A DNA stretch of 64,000 nt from Candidatus Latescibacterota bacterium (GTDB taxonomy: Bacteria > Latescibacterota > UBA2968 > GCA-2709665). The notes under the pieces are model-generated. The model ran no database searches, was not told where the DNA came from, and saw only the letters and a program-made list of their open reading frames with translations. Positions 37,648 through 47,496 of the stretch are shown one piece after another. Both the position numbers and the translations under genes were made by a program. Numbering within the stretch: the first letter of the stretch is position 1; every line of letters begins with the position of its first letter. The stretch covers positions 4,320,001-4,384,000 of the forward strand of contig OZ220733.1 in assembly GCA_965116875.1 (NCBI GenBank). The letters are read 5' to 3'.

Positions 37648-40600
37648 GTGAAGAGAAGGGTTGTTTATCGTTTGTCACTTTGGCTGCCGCTGTCGGCGTG
37701 TCTCCTGCCAGCGCCGTTCCTACCCACGGTCGTACGCGCAGCGCAGGCGCCTGCGGACAGCGTGGCGTTCTGCCGCGTAGTGGGCCACGAACACTGGCCG
37801 CGCGGTTACGTCGAGGCTGCGGACAAGGTTGCATCGTCGCAGCTGAACGCGGGCGAGCCGCGGACGGTGCGGATGATCTACTTTCTGCCGAACGACCGCC
37901 CGTACCGACAGTCGGTGGTGGATACGATGAGGGCGAGGATGGTGCGTATGCAGGCGTTCTTCGGAGAGCAGATGGAAGCCCACGGATATGGATATATGAC
38001 GTTTCGATATGAAGCGGACGCTGCCGGGGAACCCGTGGTGCATCGCCTGAATGGGGAGCACGACGACGCCCGATATATCGAGGAGACGAGTGGCTCAGTG
38101 CAGCAGGAGTTTTTCAGGGCGTACGAACGTGACCACCGCGTCTACTTCATCGTCATCGACAACAGCACGGATCTTATCCACCTGGCGCATGGTTTGGACG
38201 TACTTGGCGTTGCATCCGCAACCAGGAACCGAGGTCGTGCGATGGTCCCCGGGCGTTACACTTTCGATACGGCGGCACATGAACTCGGGCATGCCTTCGG
38301 GATGCTGTGGCACGATTTCCGGGACAGCGCCTATATCATGTCAGGTAGTCCCTTCAGGCACAGGCTGTCGGCGTGCTCGGCGGGGTATCTGTCGGTGTCG
38401 CCGTACTTCAACCCTGAGGTAGCTATTGAGACCGATTATACCTCTGCGCCGACCGTTGAATACGTCGGGTCCAACCCCTGGTATGGTGAGGGTACCAGGC
38501 GTTTCACACTGCCGTTGCGCGTGACGGATGCGGACGGTGTTCACCAGGTGTTCCTTACCGTCGGCAGTCCGGAAGTTCGCCTGCTGACAGCGGAGCTGAA
38601 GGCGTGCCGGTTGATGTCCGGCGAGACGGATGCGGTCGTGGCGTTCGAGTATGACGGTGTGATCCCGTCGGTGCGCCGTTCGAGCTTTTCGTATCCCACG
38701 ACACACCAGTTTCAGGCGCAGGTGTTCGATAAGGCGGCGCATTTTGGCAGTGACAATTTCGCCATCGCGCGGGCGTCGCCGCATCACGTGGCCACGTTAG
38801 CGACGGAGGGGGGGCTCTGGATTTCCTCTGTGGCGTTCTCGCCCGGCGGCGGCATGTTGGCGGCCGCGTGGGTTGGCGATAACGTCTCATCGGCTGACGT
38901 GAACACAGTGAGACTGTGGGACGTGGCAACGCGCGAAGTGGTCGCCTCGCTTGGCGGATACAGGCCGGTCGTGGAGTCGGTGGCGTTCTCTCCCGACGGT
39001 GCGATATTGGCGGCCGGGTTGAGCTCCGGCACGCTGGGGGTATGGGACGTGTCAATGCGCGAAGAGGTCGCCGTGCTGGAGGGTCACAAGGGGATGGCGT
39101 GGTCCGTGGCGTTTTCACCCGGCGGTCGCCTGCTGGCGTCGGGGTCGTGGGATGCGACGGTGAAGGTGTGGGACTCGTCGTCGTGGGAGGAGGTCGCCGC
39201 GCTGGAAGGGCATACGGATATCGTCAGTTCCGTGGCGTTTTCTCCCGACGGGCGCCTGCTGGCGTCGAGCTCTCGGGACCGCACGGTCAGATTGTGGGAC
39301 ACGTCGTCGTGGCAGGAGGCCGCCAGGCTGGCGGGGCATACGGATTTCATCTGGTCGATCGCGTTCTCTCCGGACGGCCGGCTGCTGGCGTCGGGGTCGC
39401 GCGACGGGACGGTGAAGCTGTGGGACGTGGGGTCCCGAGCGGAAACCGCAACGCTGGTAGCGCCCCTGCGGCTTGTCACGTCGCTCGCGTTTTCCCCCGA
39501 CGGCAGCACGCTGGCCGCTGTATCGCAATACGGGCTGGTCGACCTGTGGGACGTATTCAGCCGCGAGATCGTGGAGCAGTACGCGCATCCCGGCGGGGTC
39601 TATTCGCTGGCGTACGCTCCCGACGGTCGCATCCTGGCCGCCGCCGTTTCGCGGGGCCGGGTGGAGCTGTGGGACACCTCGCAATGGATGGCCCCGCGTC
39701 CTGTCGGCGTGACGGCGATATCGGGCGTTGGGCAGCGCGGCGCGCCGGGGTCCGTGCTGCCGCGGCCCTTTGTGGTGGAGGTGCGCGACCAGTATGACGA
39801 GCCGCTTGCGGGGGTTTCCGTGACGTTCACGGTGACGGAGGGCGGCGGCAGGGTGGGGGCCCGGTTCGGCAGTATGCGGGCAAGGACCGACAGCGCGGGC
39901 CGGGCGGAGGCGTTGCTGACGCTGGGCCCGGCGTCAGGACGTCACGCGGTGGACGTGTCCGTCGGCGGGCGGGTGTTCACGACGGTGGAGGCGCGCGGCG
40001 TGGGCGCGTGGGTGGATGCCGAGGAAGGTGACGTGTCGCTATGGCATCTGCCGCGAGGCGCCCTGGCGCGCCTGGGCAAGGGTGGCGTCGGCAGCGGCGC
40101 GCACGCCCTGGCCCTGTCTGCCGACGGGGGGTATCTGGTGGTGGGCACGGGCGTGGGCGCGTGGGTGTATGACGCGCGCGGGGGCGGTTACGTGACGCTT
40201 TGTCGTTCCGGCGGCGGCGCGCGTGAAAGCGTCGGATCGGTGTCGATCTCGCCGGACGGGTCGACGGTGGCGACGGGTCACGAGGGCGAACTGAAGCTGT
40301 GGGATCTTGCCACGGGGGCGCGGAAGGGCTATCTGTACCGGCCCGGCGAGCCCCTGTACTACCCTGTCGGGGTGTTTTCGCCCGACGGCGAGGTGCTGGC
40401 ATCGGGACAGAACGACGGTTCGGTGCTGTTGTGGGACGTGGCTTCCGGGCAGGTTGCCGCACGACTGGACGGGCACGGGCGCGGCGTGCGTTCTCTGGCG
40501 TTCACGCCCGACGCCCGTGTGTTGGCCACGGCGTCGGCGGACAGCACGGTGCGGTTGTGGGACGTGGTCTCGCGCGAAGCGCTGGGGGTGTTGCGGGGCC

Positions 40601-42021
40601 ACGGCGGCGGCGTGAAATCGGTGTCTTTCTCACCCGACGGTCAACTGCTGGCGTCGGGATCGGCTGACGGCGCGGTGCTCTTGTGGGACGTGGCGTCGCG
40701 CGAGGAGGTGGCGGGGTTGCGCGGCGTCGCGGGCGCGGTCAACGCGGTGTCGTTTGCCTCCGGCGGCGGTAGGCTGGCCGCGGCGCTGAACGACGGTACG
40801 GTCAGGGTATGGGACGTCGCATCGTGGGACGAGGCGGCGGTGCTGGAGGGCGGCGGGGGGCGGATCGGTTCGGTGGCGTACTCGCGCGACGGCGCCGTCA
40901 TGGCCTACGGCGCCGTTGACGGGGCCGTTGTGGTGCATGACGAGGCGACGGGGCGCACGCGCAGGCTGCAGGGGTTTGCCGGTAACGACGCGATGGCGGT
41001 CTCTCCGGGAGGAACGGTGGTGGCGTCGGGGTCCTGGCAGGGCCGGGTCGTGCTGTGGGACGCGGCGTCGCGGTCGGCGCTGGCGGCGCTTTTGGCACAC
41101 GACGGTCACATCACCGCATTGTCGTTCTCTCCCGGCGGGCGCATGCTGGCCTCGGCAGGGGCCGACGCAACGGTCAGACTGTGGGACGCGGGCACCGGCG
41201 AGGCGATCGCCACGCTGCCGGGGCATGCGTCCGGCGCCGCGCTGTCTTTTTCCGAAGACGGCAGCAGGCTGGCCTCGGGCGGAGCCCGGGACGGCGTGGT
41301 GCGGGTGTCGGACGTCGCAAAGCGGAAGGTGATCGCAACCGTGGAAGCAGGAGACGGCTTCACCACCCTGGCGCTGTCTCCCGGCGGGACGCTGCTGGCG
41401 ACGGGGACGAGTGCCGGCGCGGTGACGGTGTGGGACGTGGATCCGGGGCGCAACGTCGCGACGCTGGAAGGGCGCGAACGCGTGGTGACGCTGGCGTTCT
41501 CGCCGGACGGCGGCGCGCTATCTTCCGTGACGGACGCGGGGACCGTGACGGTGTGGGACGTGGAGACCCGGCAGGCGCGGGCAGTGACGCATACGTCGCC
41601 CCGGGTGGTCCGCGCGGCGGCGCTCTCACCCGGCGGGGAGGTGCTGGCGATCGCGTCCGGTTGGGGACGGATCACGTTGTGGGACGCCGCAACGGGGCGG
41701 CAGGCGGCCGTCCTTTCAGGACAAAGCGGCGGTGTCGACCACCTGGCGTTCTCCCATAGCGGGAGGACGCTGGCGTCGGGCGCGCGCGACGGCGCCATAC
41801 TGGTCTGGGATATGTCCGCGTACGTCACGCCGCGATACCGCAGCGCGGACTTCGACGGCGACGGGCAGGTGGACTTCAGCGACTTCGTCGTGTTCGCGGG
41901 AAAGTTCGGGACAAGCCGCGGCGATTCGGGCTATGACGCGCGCTTCGACCTGGACTGGAACGGCGCCATCGGCTTTTCCGACTTCCTCATCTTCGCCGGC
42001 GCCTTCGGGCAGACCGCGTGA
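37648..42021 (+). CDS. Secreted protein: zinc-peptidase-like domain, multiple WD40 propellers, Ig-like domain and dockerin/EF-hand-like C-terminus
   Basis: Signal peptide; AHELGHAFGMLWH with downstream YIMS; many GH....S.AFSPDG..LASGS.D.TV.LWD repeats; C-terminal ADFDGDGQVDFSDF...DLDWNGAIGFSDF. Confidence 0.9.
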   Translation: MKRRVVYRLSLWLPLSACLLPAPFLPTVVRAAQAPADSVAFCRVVGHEHWPRGYVEAADKVASSQLNAGEPRTVRMIYFLPNDRPYRQSVVDTMRARMVRMQAFFGEQMEAHGYGYMTFRYEADAAGEPVVHRLNGEHDDARYIEETSGSVQQEFFRAYERDHRVYFIVIDNSTDLIHLAHGLDVLGVASATRNRGRAMVPGRYTFDTAAHELGHAFGMLWHDFRDSAYIMSGSPFRHRLSACSAGYLSVSPYFNPEVAIETDYTSAPTVEYVGSNPWYGEGTRRFTLPLRVTDADGVHQVFLTVGSPEVRLLTAELKACRLMSGETDAVVAFEYDGVIPSVRRSSFSYPTTHQFQAQVFDKAAHFGSDNFAIARASPHHVATLATEGGLWISSVAFSPGGGMLAAAWVGDNVSSADVNTVRLWDVATREVVASLGGYRPVVESVAFSPDGAILAAGLSSGTLGVWDVSMREEVAVLEGHKGMAWSVAFSPGGRLLASGSWDATVKVWDSSSWEEVAALEGHTDIVSSVAFSPDGRLLASSSRDRTVRLWDTSSWQEAARLAGHTDFIWSIAFSPDGRLLASGSRDGTVKLWDVGSRAETATLVAPLRLVTSLAFSPDGSTLAAVSQYGLVDLWDVFSREIVEQYAHPGGVYSLAYAPDGRILAAAVSRGRVELWDTSQWMAPRPVGVTAISGVGQRGAPGSVLPRPFVVEVRDQYDEPLAGVSVTFTVTEGGGRVGARFGSMRARTDSAGRAEALLTLGPASGRHAVDVSVGGRVFTTVEARGVGAWVDAEEGDVSLWHLPRGALARLGKGGVGSGAHALALSADGGYLVVGTGVGAWVYDARGGGYVTLCRSGGGARESVGSVSISPDGSTVATGHEGELKLWDLATGARKGYLYRPGEPLYYPVGVFSPDGEVLASGQNDGSVLLWDVASGQVAARLDGHGRGVRSLAFTPDARVLATASADSTVRLWDVVSREALGVLRGHGGGVKSVSFSPDGQLLASGSADGAVLLWDVASREEVAGLRGVAGAVNAVSFASGGGRLAAALNDGTVRVWDVASWDEAAVLEGGGGRIGSVAYSRDGAVMAYGAVDGAVVVHDEATGRTRRLQGFAGNDAMAVSPGGTVVASGSWQGRVVLWDAASRSALAALLAHDGHITALSFSPGGRMLASAGADATVRLWDAGTGEAIATLPGHASGAALSFSEDGSRLASGGARDGVVRVSDVAKRKVIATVEAGDGFTTLALSPGGTLLATGTSAGAVTVWDVDPGRNVATLEGRERVVTLAFSPDGGALSSVTDAGTVTVWDVETRQARAVTHTSPRVVRAAALSPGGEVLAIASGWGRITLWDAATGRQAAVLSGQSGGVDHLAFSHSGRTLASGARDGAILVWDMSAYVTPRYRSADFDGDGQVDFSDFVVFAGKFGTSRGDSGYDARFDLDWNGAIGFSDFLIFAGAFGQTA

Positions 42022-42065
42022 TATGGCCCTCCCACTGTCGCAAAACGCTACAGTCGCGACGCATT
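42022..42065 (+). repeat. 44-bp element directly after the stop codon of WD40 gene 1
   Basis: 38/44 identical to 44834-44877 after WD40 gene 2. Confidence 0.85.
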
Positions 42066-42133
42066 ATGCGACACACCTGCCATTCCGGAAACTGCCAATT
42101 GGCTCTACCGCTTCACCCGGCCCCGTTCCCGAT

Positions 42134-42207
42134 GCAGGGGCGTCCCTTGTGGGCGCCCGCACCTCGACGGACCGGTCTGAAGGTGGGGCGGACATTCATG
42201 TCTGCCC
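42134..42207 (+). repeat. Pair of REP-like palindromes
   Basis: Copies of the motifs at 31588 and 37552. Confidence 0.7.
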
Positions 42208-42289
42208 GCGTCGCATCGTCCCACCCTCCCCGCGTCCGGGAGGGTGGGGGAGGGATCTCGTACCGACGAAGCTTTTTTACAGAGGTGGT

Positions 42290-44833
42290 ATGGCCATGAA
42301 GAGAAGGGATGTTCATCGATGGGTCAGACGGTCGGGGGTGGTGTCGTATTTCGTGGCAGTGCTGATTCAGCCTGTGATGACGCATGCTTCATCTGCTCAA
42401 TCGGACAGCGTGCTTCACTGCGTGCTGCTGAATGAGGAGGACTGGCCGCGTGGGGACGTGGAGGCTGCCGGCAAGCGCGCGTCGGAGCTGAACGTGGGCG
42501 AGCCGCGCACCGTGCGCATGATCTACTTTCTGCCGAACGACCGCCCGTACCGTCAGTCGGTGGCGGACACGATGAAAGCGTGGATGGTGCGTATGCAGCG
42601 GCTCTTCGGAGAGCAGATGGAGGCCCACGGGTACGGGTATATGACGTTCCGTTATGAAGCGGACGCGGAAGGCGCCCCGGTGGTGCACCGCATGGACGGC
42701 GAACACACCCGTGGCTACTACTATGCCTCCACGTTTAACCGCATGCGGCCGGAGGTTAACGAGGCGTTTGATCGGAATCATGTGGTGCGCTTCTTCGTGA
42801 TCGACCACGGATACAGGCCGGCGATAGGTACCAGTGCCGGCGGCAAAGCGGCAGGCACGGCTGCCGGGCATAAGGATCGAGGTAGCGCGTACCTTCCGGC
42901 GGGATTCCGGTTTGGCACGGGCGTGCACGAGCTTGCGCACGCATTCGGATTGATGTGGCACGACAACCGCGACGACGACTACTTCCTTTCGCCTGTAGGT
43001 GGTGGGCAACTGTCGGCCTGCAGCGCGGCCCACCTATCTGTCAGTCCGTTTTTCAACCCGGAGGTCCCCCTCGAGAGGGAGTGGCGGTCCTTGCCATCCA
43101 TCGACCTGCTGTCGCCACGCTCCTATTATGTAGTGGGTACGAAGGCCCTCGTCGTCCATGTCAGGATCGCGGCGCCGCACGGCCTGAATCATGTGACCGC
43201 GCTGGTGCCGGAACTCGGTGCGTTTTCGGTGGAAGTGTTGGGGTGCCGTATGCTTTCCGGCGAGGAGGAAGCGGAGATCGAGTACGAGTATGACGGGGTG
43301 ATCCCTTCCACCCGCACCAGCCGCGGCCACTCCACGCTGTCGGAGCCGCCTGTCCATAGTGTCTGGTTCTCGGCGATGGACAGGCGGGGTAATCAACATG
43401 CAGAGAGATTTCGCTTCGCGCAACGGTCACCGTATCACCTGGCCACGCTGGAAGGGCATTCACAACTCGCCCGGAGTGTGGCGGTCTCTCCCGACGGGTC
43501 ACTGCTGGCGTCAGGATCGTTCGACAAGACCGTCAGGTTGTGGGATACGACAACGCTGGAAGCCATCGCCACCCTGGACATGAGCGGGCCAGATCGACAG
43601 GTCTCGTCACTGGCGTTCTCTCTGGACGGGTCGCTGCTGGCCGTCGGGGAGACCGGAGGCGGAATCACGCTGTGGGACGTGGCGTCGCGGCAGATGACCG
43701 GCACGCTGGAAGGGCATACGGGTAGGGTGCAAACGCTGGCGTTCTCCGCCAGTGGTGACACGCTGGTGTCGGGGGCGTCCTATGACGAGGACAGGATCAA
43801 GGTCTGGGACGTGGCCTCGCGGCAGCTTATCGGCGTGCTGAAAGGGCATACGTCCCACGTGAGACAGGTGGCGTTTTCTCCCGACGGTCGCGTTCTGGCG
43901 TCGTGTTCGCAGGACCGTACCATCCGGGTCTGGGACCTGTCCGCGATGAAGGAACGGTACCGGCTTGTACGCATCGGCGGGGGCCGGATCGGAACGATGG
44001 CGTTCTCGCCGGACGGGCGCATCCTGGCTGCTGACTCGACGGAGGAGGGGGTGATCGCACTGTGGGACTGGGCCGCGCGCCGCAACATCGCGGACGTGCC
44101 GATTGCGCACGAAAGGGGGATTACCTATCTGACGTTTTCGCCGGACGGGGAGAGTCTGGCCACGGCGGGAGGCGGTTGGGTGATCGTGCGTGACGCCGCG
44201 ACGGGGAAGCGGGGCGAGCGGTTCAAGGTGCGGGCAAGGTTTCCGCATATCGCGACGCCGTGGACGATGGCCTTCTGGCGGGGCGGGTCGGTGCTGGCTG
44301 TGGGAACGACGAATGGCAAAGTGGAGCTGTGGGACATGTCCGAGTGGGTGCGGCGGCGTCCCGAGCGGGTGGAGGTCGTCTCGGGTCTGGGGCAGCGCGG
44401 CGTGGCGGGCGCGTCGCTGCCGGCGCCGTTCGAGGTGAGTGTGCGCGATGAGAACGGAGACCCGTTCCCGGGCATTCCCGTAATCTTCGACGTCACCGGC
44501 GGCGGAGGCGCACTTTCCCGTACGGCCGCCAGGGCCGATACGGCCGGGAACGCGGCCACGACGCTGACGCTGGGACCGGAGTCGGGGGTTCAGACCGTGG
44601 TGGCGCGGGCAGCGGGCCTGGCGCCGGCGGTGTTTACGGCCACCGCATACGGCAGCCCCGACCTGAACGCCGACGGGCAGGTGGATTTCAGTGATTTTGT
44701 GTTGCTTGCCGGAAAGTTCGGGCTGAGCGAGGACGACGAGGCGTACGACCCGCGCATTGACCTGGACGGCGACGGCGCCATCGGCTTTTCCGACTTCCTC
44801 ATCTTGGCCGGGGCGTTCGGGCAGTCCGCGTAA
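42290..44833 (+). CDS. Paralogous secreted peptidase-like/WD40/Ig/dockerin-like protein (single propeller)
   Basis: RBS GAGG; VHELAHAFGLMWH; about seven WD40 repeats; PDLNADGQVDFSDF...DLDGDGAIGFSDF. Confidence 0.9.
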   Translation: MAMKRRDVHRWVRRSGVVSYFVAVLIQPVMTHASSAQSDSVLHCVLLNEEDWPRGDVEAAGKRASELNVGEPRTVRMIYFLPNDRPYRQSVADTMKAWMVRMQRLFGEQMEAHGYGYMTFRYEADAEGAPVVHRMDGEHTRGYYYASTFNRMRPEVNEAFDRNHVVRFFVIDHGYRPAIGTSAGGKAAGTAAGHKDRGSAYLPAGFRFGTGVHELAHAFGLMWHDNRDDDYFLSPVGGGQLSACSAAHLSVSPFFNPEVPLEREWRSLPSIDLLSPRSYYVVGTKALVVHVRIAAPHGLNHVTALVPELGAFSVEVLGCRMLSGEEEAEIEYEYDGVIPSTRTSRGHSTLSEPPVHSVWFSAMDRRGNQHAERFRFAQRSPYHLATLEGHSQLARSVAVSPDGSLLASGSFDKTVRLWDTTTLEAIATLDMSGPDRQVSSLAFSLDGSLLAVGETGGGITLWDVASRQMTGTLEGHTGRVQTLAFSASGDTLVSGASYDEDRIKVWDVASRQLIGVLKGHTSHVRQVAFSPDGRVLASCSQDRTIRVWDLSAMKERYRLVRIGGGRIGTMAFSPDGRILAADSTEEGVIALWDWAARRNIADVPIAHERGITYLTFSPDGESLATAGGGWVIVRDAATGKRGERFKVRARFPHIATPWTMAFWRGGSVLAVGTTNGKVELWDMSEWVRRRPERVEVVSGLGQRGVAGASLPAPFEVSVRDENGDPFPGIPVIFDVTGGGGALSRTAARADTAGNAATTLTLGPESGVQTVVARAAGLAPAVFTATAYGSPDLNADGQVDFSDFVLLAGKFGLSEDDEAYDPRIDLDGDGAIGFSDFLILAGAFGQSA

Positions 44834-44877
44834 TACGGCCCTCCCACCGTCGCAAAACGCGACAGCAGCGACGTATT
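44834..44877 (+). repeat. 44-bp element directly after the stop codon of WD40 gene 2
   Basis: Contains GTCGC-AAAAC-GCGAC palindrome; copy of 42022-42065. Confidence 0.85.
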
Positions 44878-44890
44878 TCTCAAAACCGGA

Positions 44891-47332
44891 TTACTGCTCC
44901 CCCTCCGGTTGCGTTGGGCGGACGCTTTCTGACGTTTCAGTTGAATCTCCTTCCGGCACTCCGATACGGTATCCCACCCCGTGCTCAGTGAAAATGTAGC
45001 ACGGTTCGTCGGCGTCGTCACCCAACTTCCGCCGAAGCCTCTTGACCAGCGTACGGACGCGGCGCATGTCGCCGCCGCGCTGCCTGCCCCAGATTCGACG
45101 CAGAAGCACGTTGTGCGTCACCACCCGACCGGGGCTGACACAGAGCTCATACAGCAACTCATACTCGTGTGCGGTCAATTCCACGAGGCGTCCGCCCACG
45201 GTCACGCTCCGTTCCTCGAAGTTGACGGTCAGGTCCTGTAACACACATGGTTCTTCGGGGTCTTTCCGTGCCTCGCCCTCCTCCTTGCGCAGCGCCGCCT
45301 TGATTCGTACGACGAGCTCCGTTGGAGAAAAGGGCTTTACGATATAATCGGACGCGCCCATTGCGAACGCCCGTTCGACGTTTTCCTGCTGGCCGTATCC
45401 GGAAAGAAAGATTACCGGGATCCTGTCGATCTCGAGGATATCTTTCATCAGTTCAAACCCGTCCGTTCCGGGCAGTACGAGGTCGAGGAGAACAAGGCAG
45501 GGCTCGCGCGCCTCGATCAGTCCCGCAACTTCGCCGGGATCCCCCGTAACGATTGCCGTGTATCCCGCTCGTGTAAGGATTTCGCGCACGGACCTCAATG
45601 TCTGGGGGTCGTCATCCACCGCGAGGATCGCGCCGTTGTGTTTATCGGTGCCGCGCGCGTGCTGACCCGAACGTGCCGGGGTGCGGTCCACGGATGACGG
45701 GATCTCCTCCGCAACGGGCACGGTAAACGTGACCTTCGTGCCCTGGCCGGGTCCGTCGCTTTCGGCCCACACTCTTCCGCCATGGGCCTCAACGATTCCC
45801 TTGCAGATGGCAAGACCCAGCCCCGTGCCCTGGGTTACCCTCTCATCGTTGCTACTCTCGATTCGCGAAAACTTCCTGAAGAGTTGCGGCAGGAGATCCT
45901 CGGTCAGGCCCTTGCCCTCGTCGGCAACCGAAATGTGAACGTGGAAGTCTTCACGCAACGCGGCCAGCCGGATGGGGGACGACGCGTCGGAGTACCTGGC
46001 GGCATTGAATAGGAGATTGTCCAGCACCTGGACGATGCGACGCCTGTCTACCATGACCCAGGGCAGGTCCGGCGACAGGTTGATTTCTATGGCGCGCGCG
46101 TCGCCGCCGCGCAGGAAGGTATTCCGTGCCTCATCGACGATTTCTCCCACGTCGGCCGGCTCCGGGGTGATCGCAAGCGAGCCCGTCTCGATTCTGGCCA
46201 CGTCGAGAAGGTCGCTGATGAGGTCCCGCATGCGATCCGCCTGCTGGTCGATGATCCTGTAGAACTGCCGCGCTTCGGCGGGATCGAGTATCGACGCATC
46301 GTCGAGCAGGGCGGCGGTCGAGCCCTTGATGGACGTCAACGGGACCCGGAGTTCGTGGCTGACCATCCCCAGAAATTCGGCGCGCAGGCGCTCCAGGTCT
46401 TCCAGGGGCGTCATGTCCTGAATGGTCACGATCACGGACTCGATGTCGCCATTCCCGGAACGGATGGGCGTGGCATTGACCAGCGTCGTCACGGACCGGC
46501 CGTCGGGTACAACGAGGACGATCTCCTCCGCGCGCAACGTTTCCCCTGAGCGTAGCAACTGGGCCAGTTGGGACTCCTCCAGGGAGACCTCCCGACCGTC
46601 GGCGCGCCGGAACTTCATCACCTCGAGAAGCTGCTCCTCCGGATGGCCCGGCGTGCGCAGGTCCCCCACGATTCTCTTTGCCTCCCGGTTGAACGTCAGC
46701 GGCGCACCGGACCTGGCGTCGAAGACCACGACCCCGACGGGTGAGGTGTCGATCAGGGTCTCCAGGTCGAGCCTTGCCTTCTGCTCGTCCCGGTGCCGGC
46801 GTGCATTGGCGATGACCAGCGCCGCCTGCGAGGCAAACATCACCAGGGTCTCTTCGTCTGCCGCCGTGAACGCGTCTTCGCCTCCCTTCTCGCAAAGACT
46901 GAATGTCCCCACGCTCTGGCCACGGTAGCGGATCGGCGTTGCCAGCGCCGCGGGAGAGGGACTCAGAGTTACTTGAGGGCGAAACTCAGGCAGGCCTTGG
47001 GACCGGATGTAACTGTGGAGGTTCCGAAGCCGCAGCGGCTCCTTTATATGGGTGAAGTGTTCGAAGAGCCCGTGCCTCTCCGGCCGCAACCACAGCCGCT
47101 TGGACTGAATGGACGTTAAACCGGACGTAATGCAGTCCTGCACCCGCCCGTCATCGTCAAGCAATGTCATCAGGCCGTACCTCGCGCCAGTCAGCGATCG
47201 GGCGCTGTCCAGGACCTCCTGCAATACAGCGTCGAACTCCAGACTCTCATTGATACGAAGGCTGGCCTCTCCAAGCCTGGACAGCCGGTTGCGGAGGGCC
47301 TCGATCTGTTGATCCCGTTCGTCGATTTGCAT
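44891..47332 (-). CDS. Soluble hybrid regulator GAF-PAS-HisKA-HATPase-REC-OmpR-type wHTH
   Basis: H box VSHELRVPLTSIKG, N box NLLFNA, G boxes DEGKG and GTGLGL, REC (DDD, LLDLVLPG, DYIVKPF) and wHTH (LRRKLGDD...YIFTEHGVGY); no TM segment; start probably MQIDER. Confidence 0.93.
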   Translation of the reverse strand: MQIDERDQQIEALRNRLSRLGEASLRINESLEFDAVLQEVLDSARSLTGARYGLMTLLDDDGRVQDCITSGLTSIQSKRLWLRPERHGLFEHFTHIKEPLRLRNLHSYIRSQGLPEFRPQVTLSPSPAALATPIRYRGQSVGTFSLCEKGGEDAFTAADEETLVMFASQAALVIANARRHRDEQKARLDLETLIDTSPVGVVVFDARSGAPLTFNREAKRIVGDLRTPGHPEEQLLEVMKFRRADGREVSLEESQLAQLLRSGETLRAEEIVLVVPDGRSVTTLVNATPIRSGNGDIESVIVTIQDMTPLEDLERLRAEFLGMVSHELRVPLTSIKGSTAALLDDASILDPAEARQFYRIIDQQADRMRDLISDLLDVARIETGSLAITPEPADVGEIVDEARNTFLRGGDARAIEINLSPDLPWVMVDRRRIVQVLDNLLFNAARYSDASSPIRLAALREDFHVHISVADEGKGLTEDLLPQLFRKFSRIESSNDERVTQGTGLGLAICKGIVEAHGGRVWAESDGPGQGTKVTFTVPVAEEIPSSVDRTPARSGQHARGTDKHNGAILAVDDDPQTLRSVREILTRAGYTAIVTGDPGEVAGLIEAREPCLVLLDLVLPGTDGFELMKDILEIDRIPVIFLSGYGQQENVERAFAMGASDYIVKPFSPTELVVRIKAALRKEEGEARKDPEEPCVLQDLTVNFEERSVTVGGRLVELTAHEYELLYELCVSPGRVVTHNVLLRRIWGRQRGGDMRRVRTLVKRLRRKLGDDADEPCYIFTEHGVGYRIGVPEGDSTETSESVRPTQPEGEQ

Positions 47333-47496
47333 CACCTTCTGATCGATGATTTCATGTTGCGCTGTGGAATGTTTCGTTGGCGACAGTCGATATATCTGAT
47401 TGTTCACAATATAGGTAAGGACGTCTCGTGAATCCAGCGCATTTTCCCGGCGGCGCGTCGGTTCACCGGAAGTCACGATTGGAAGGCCCGGTCCGG

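Noticed and set aside
41732-42289. N-terminal extension of the 1033-aa ORF
   Set aside because: It overlaps the upstream gene and runs through REP-like repeats; the RBS and signal peptide indicate a start at about 42290.
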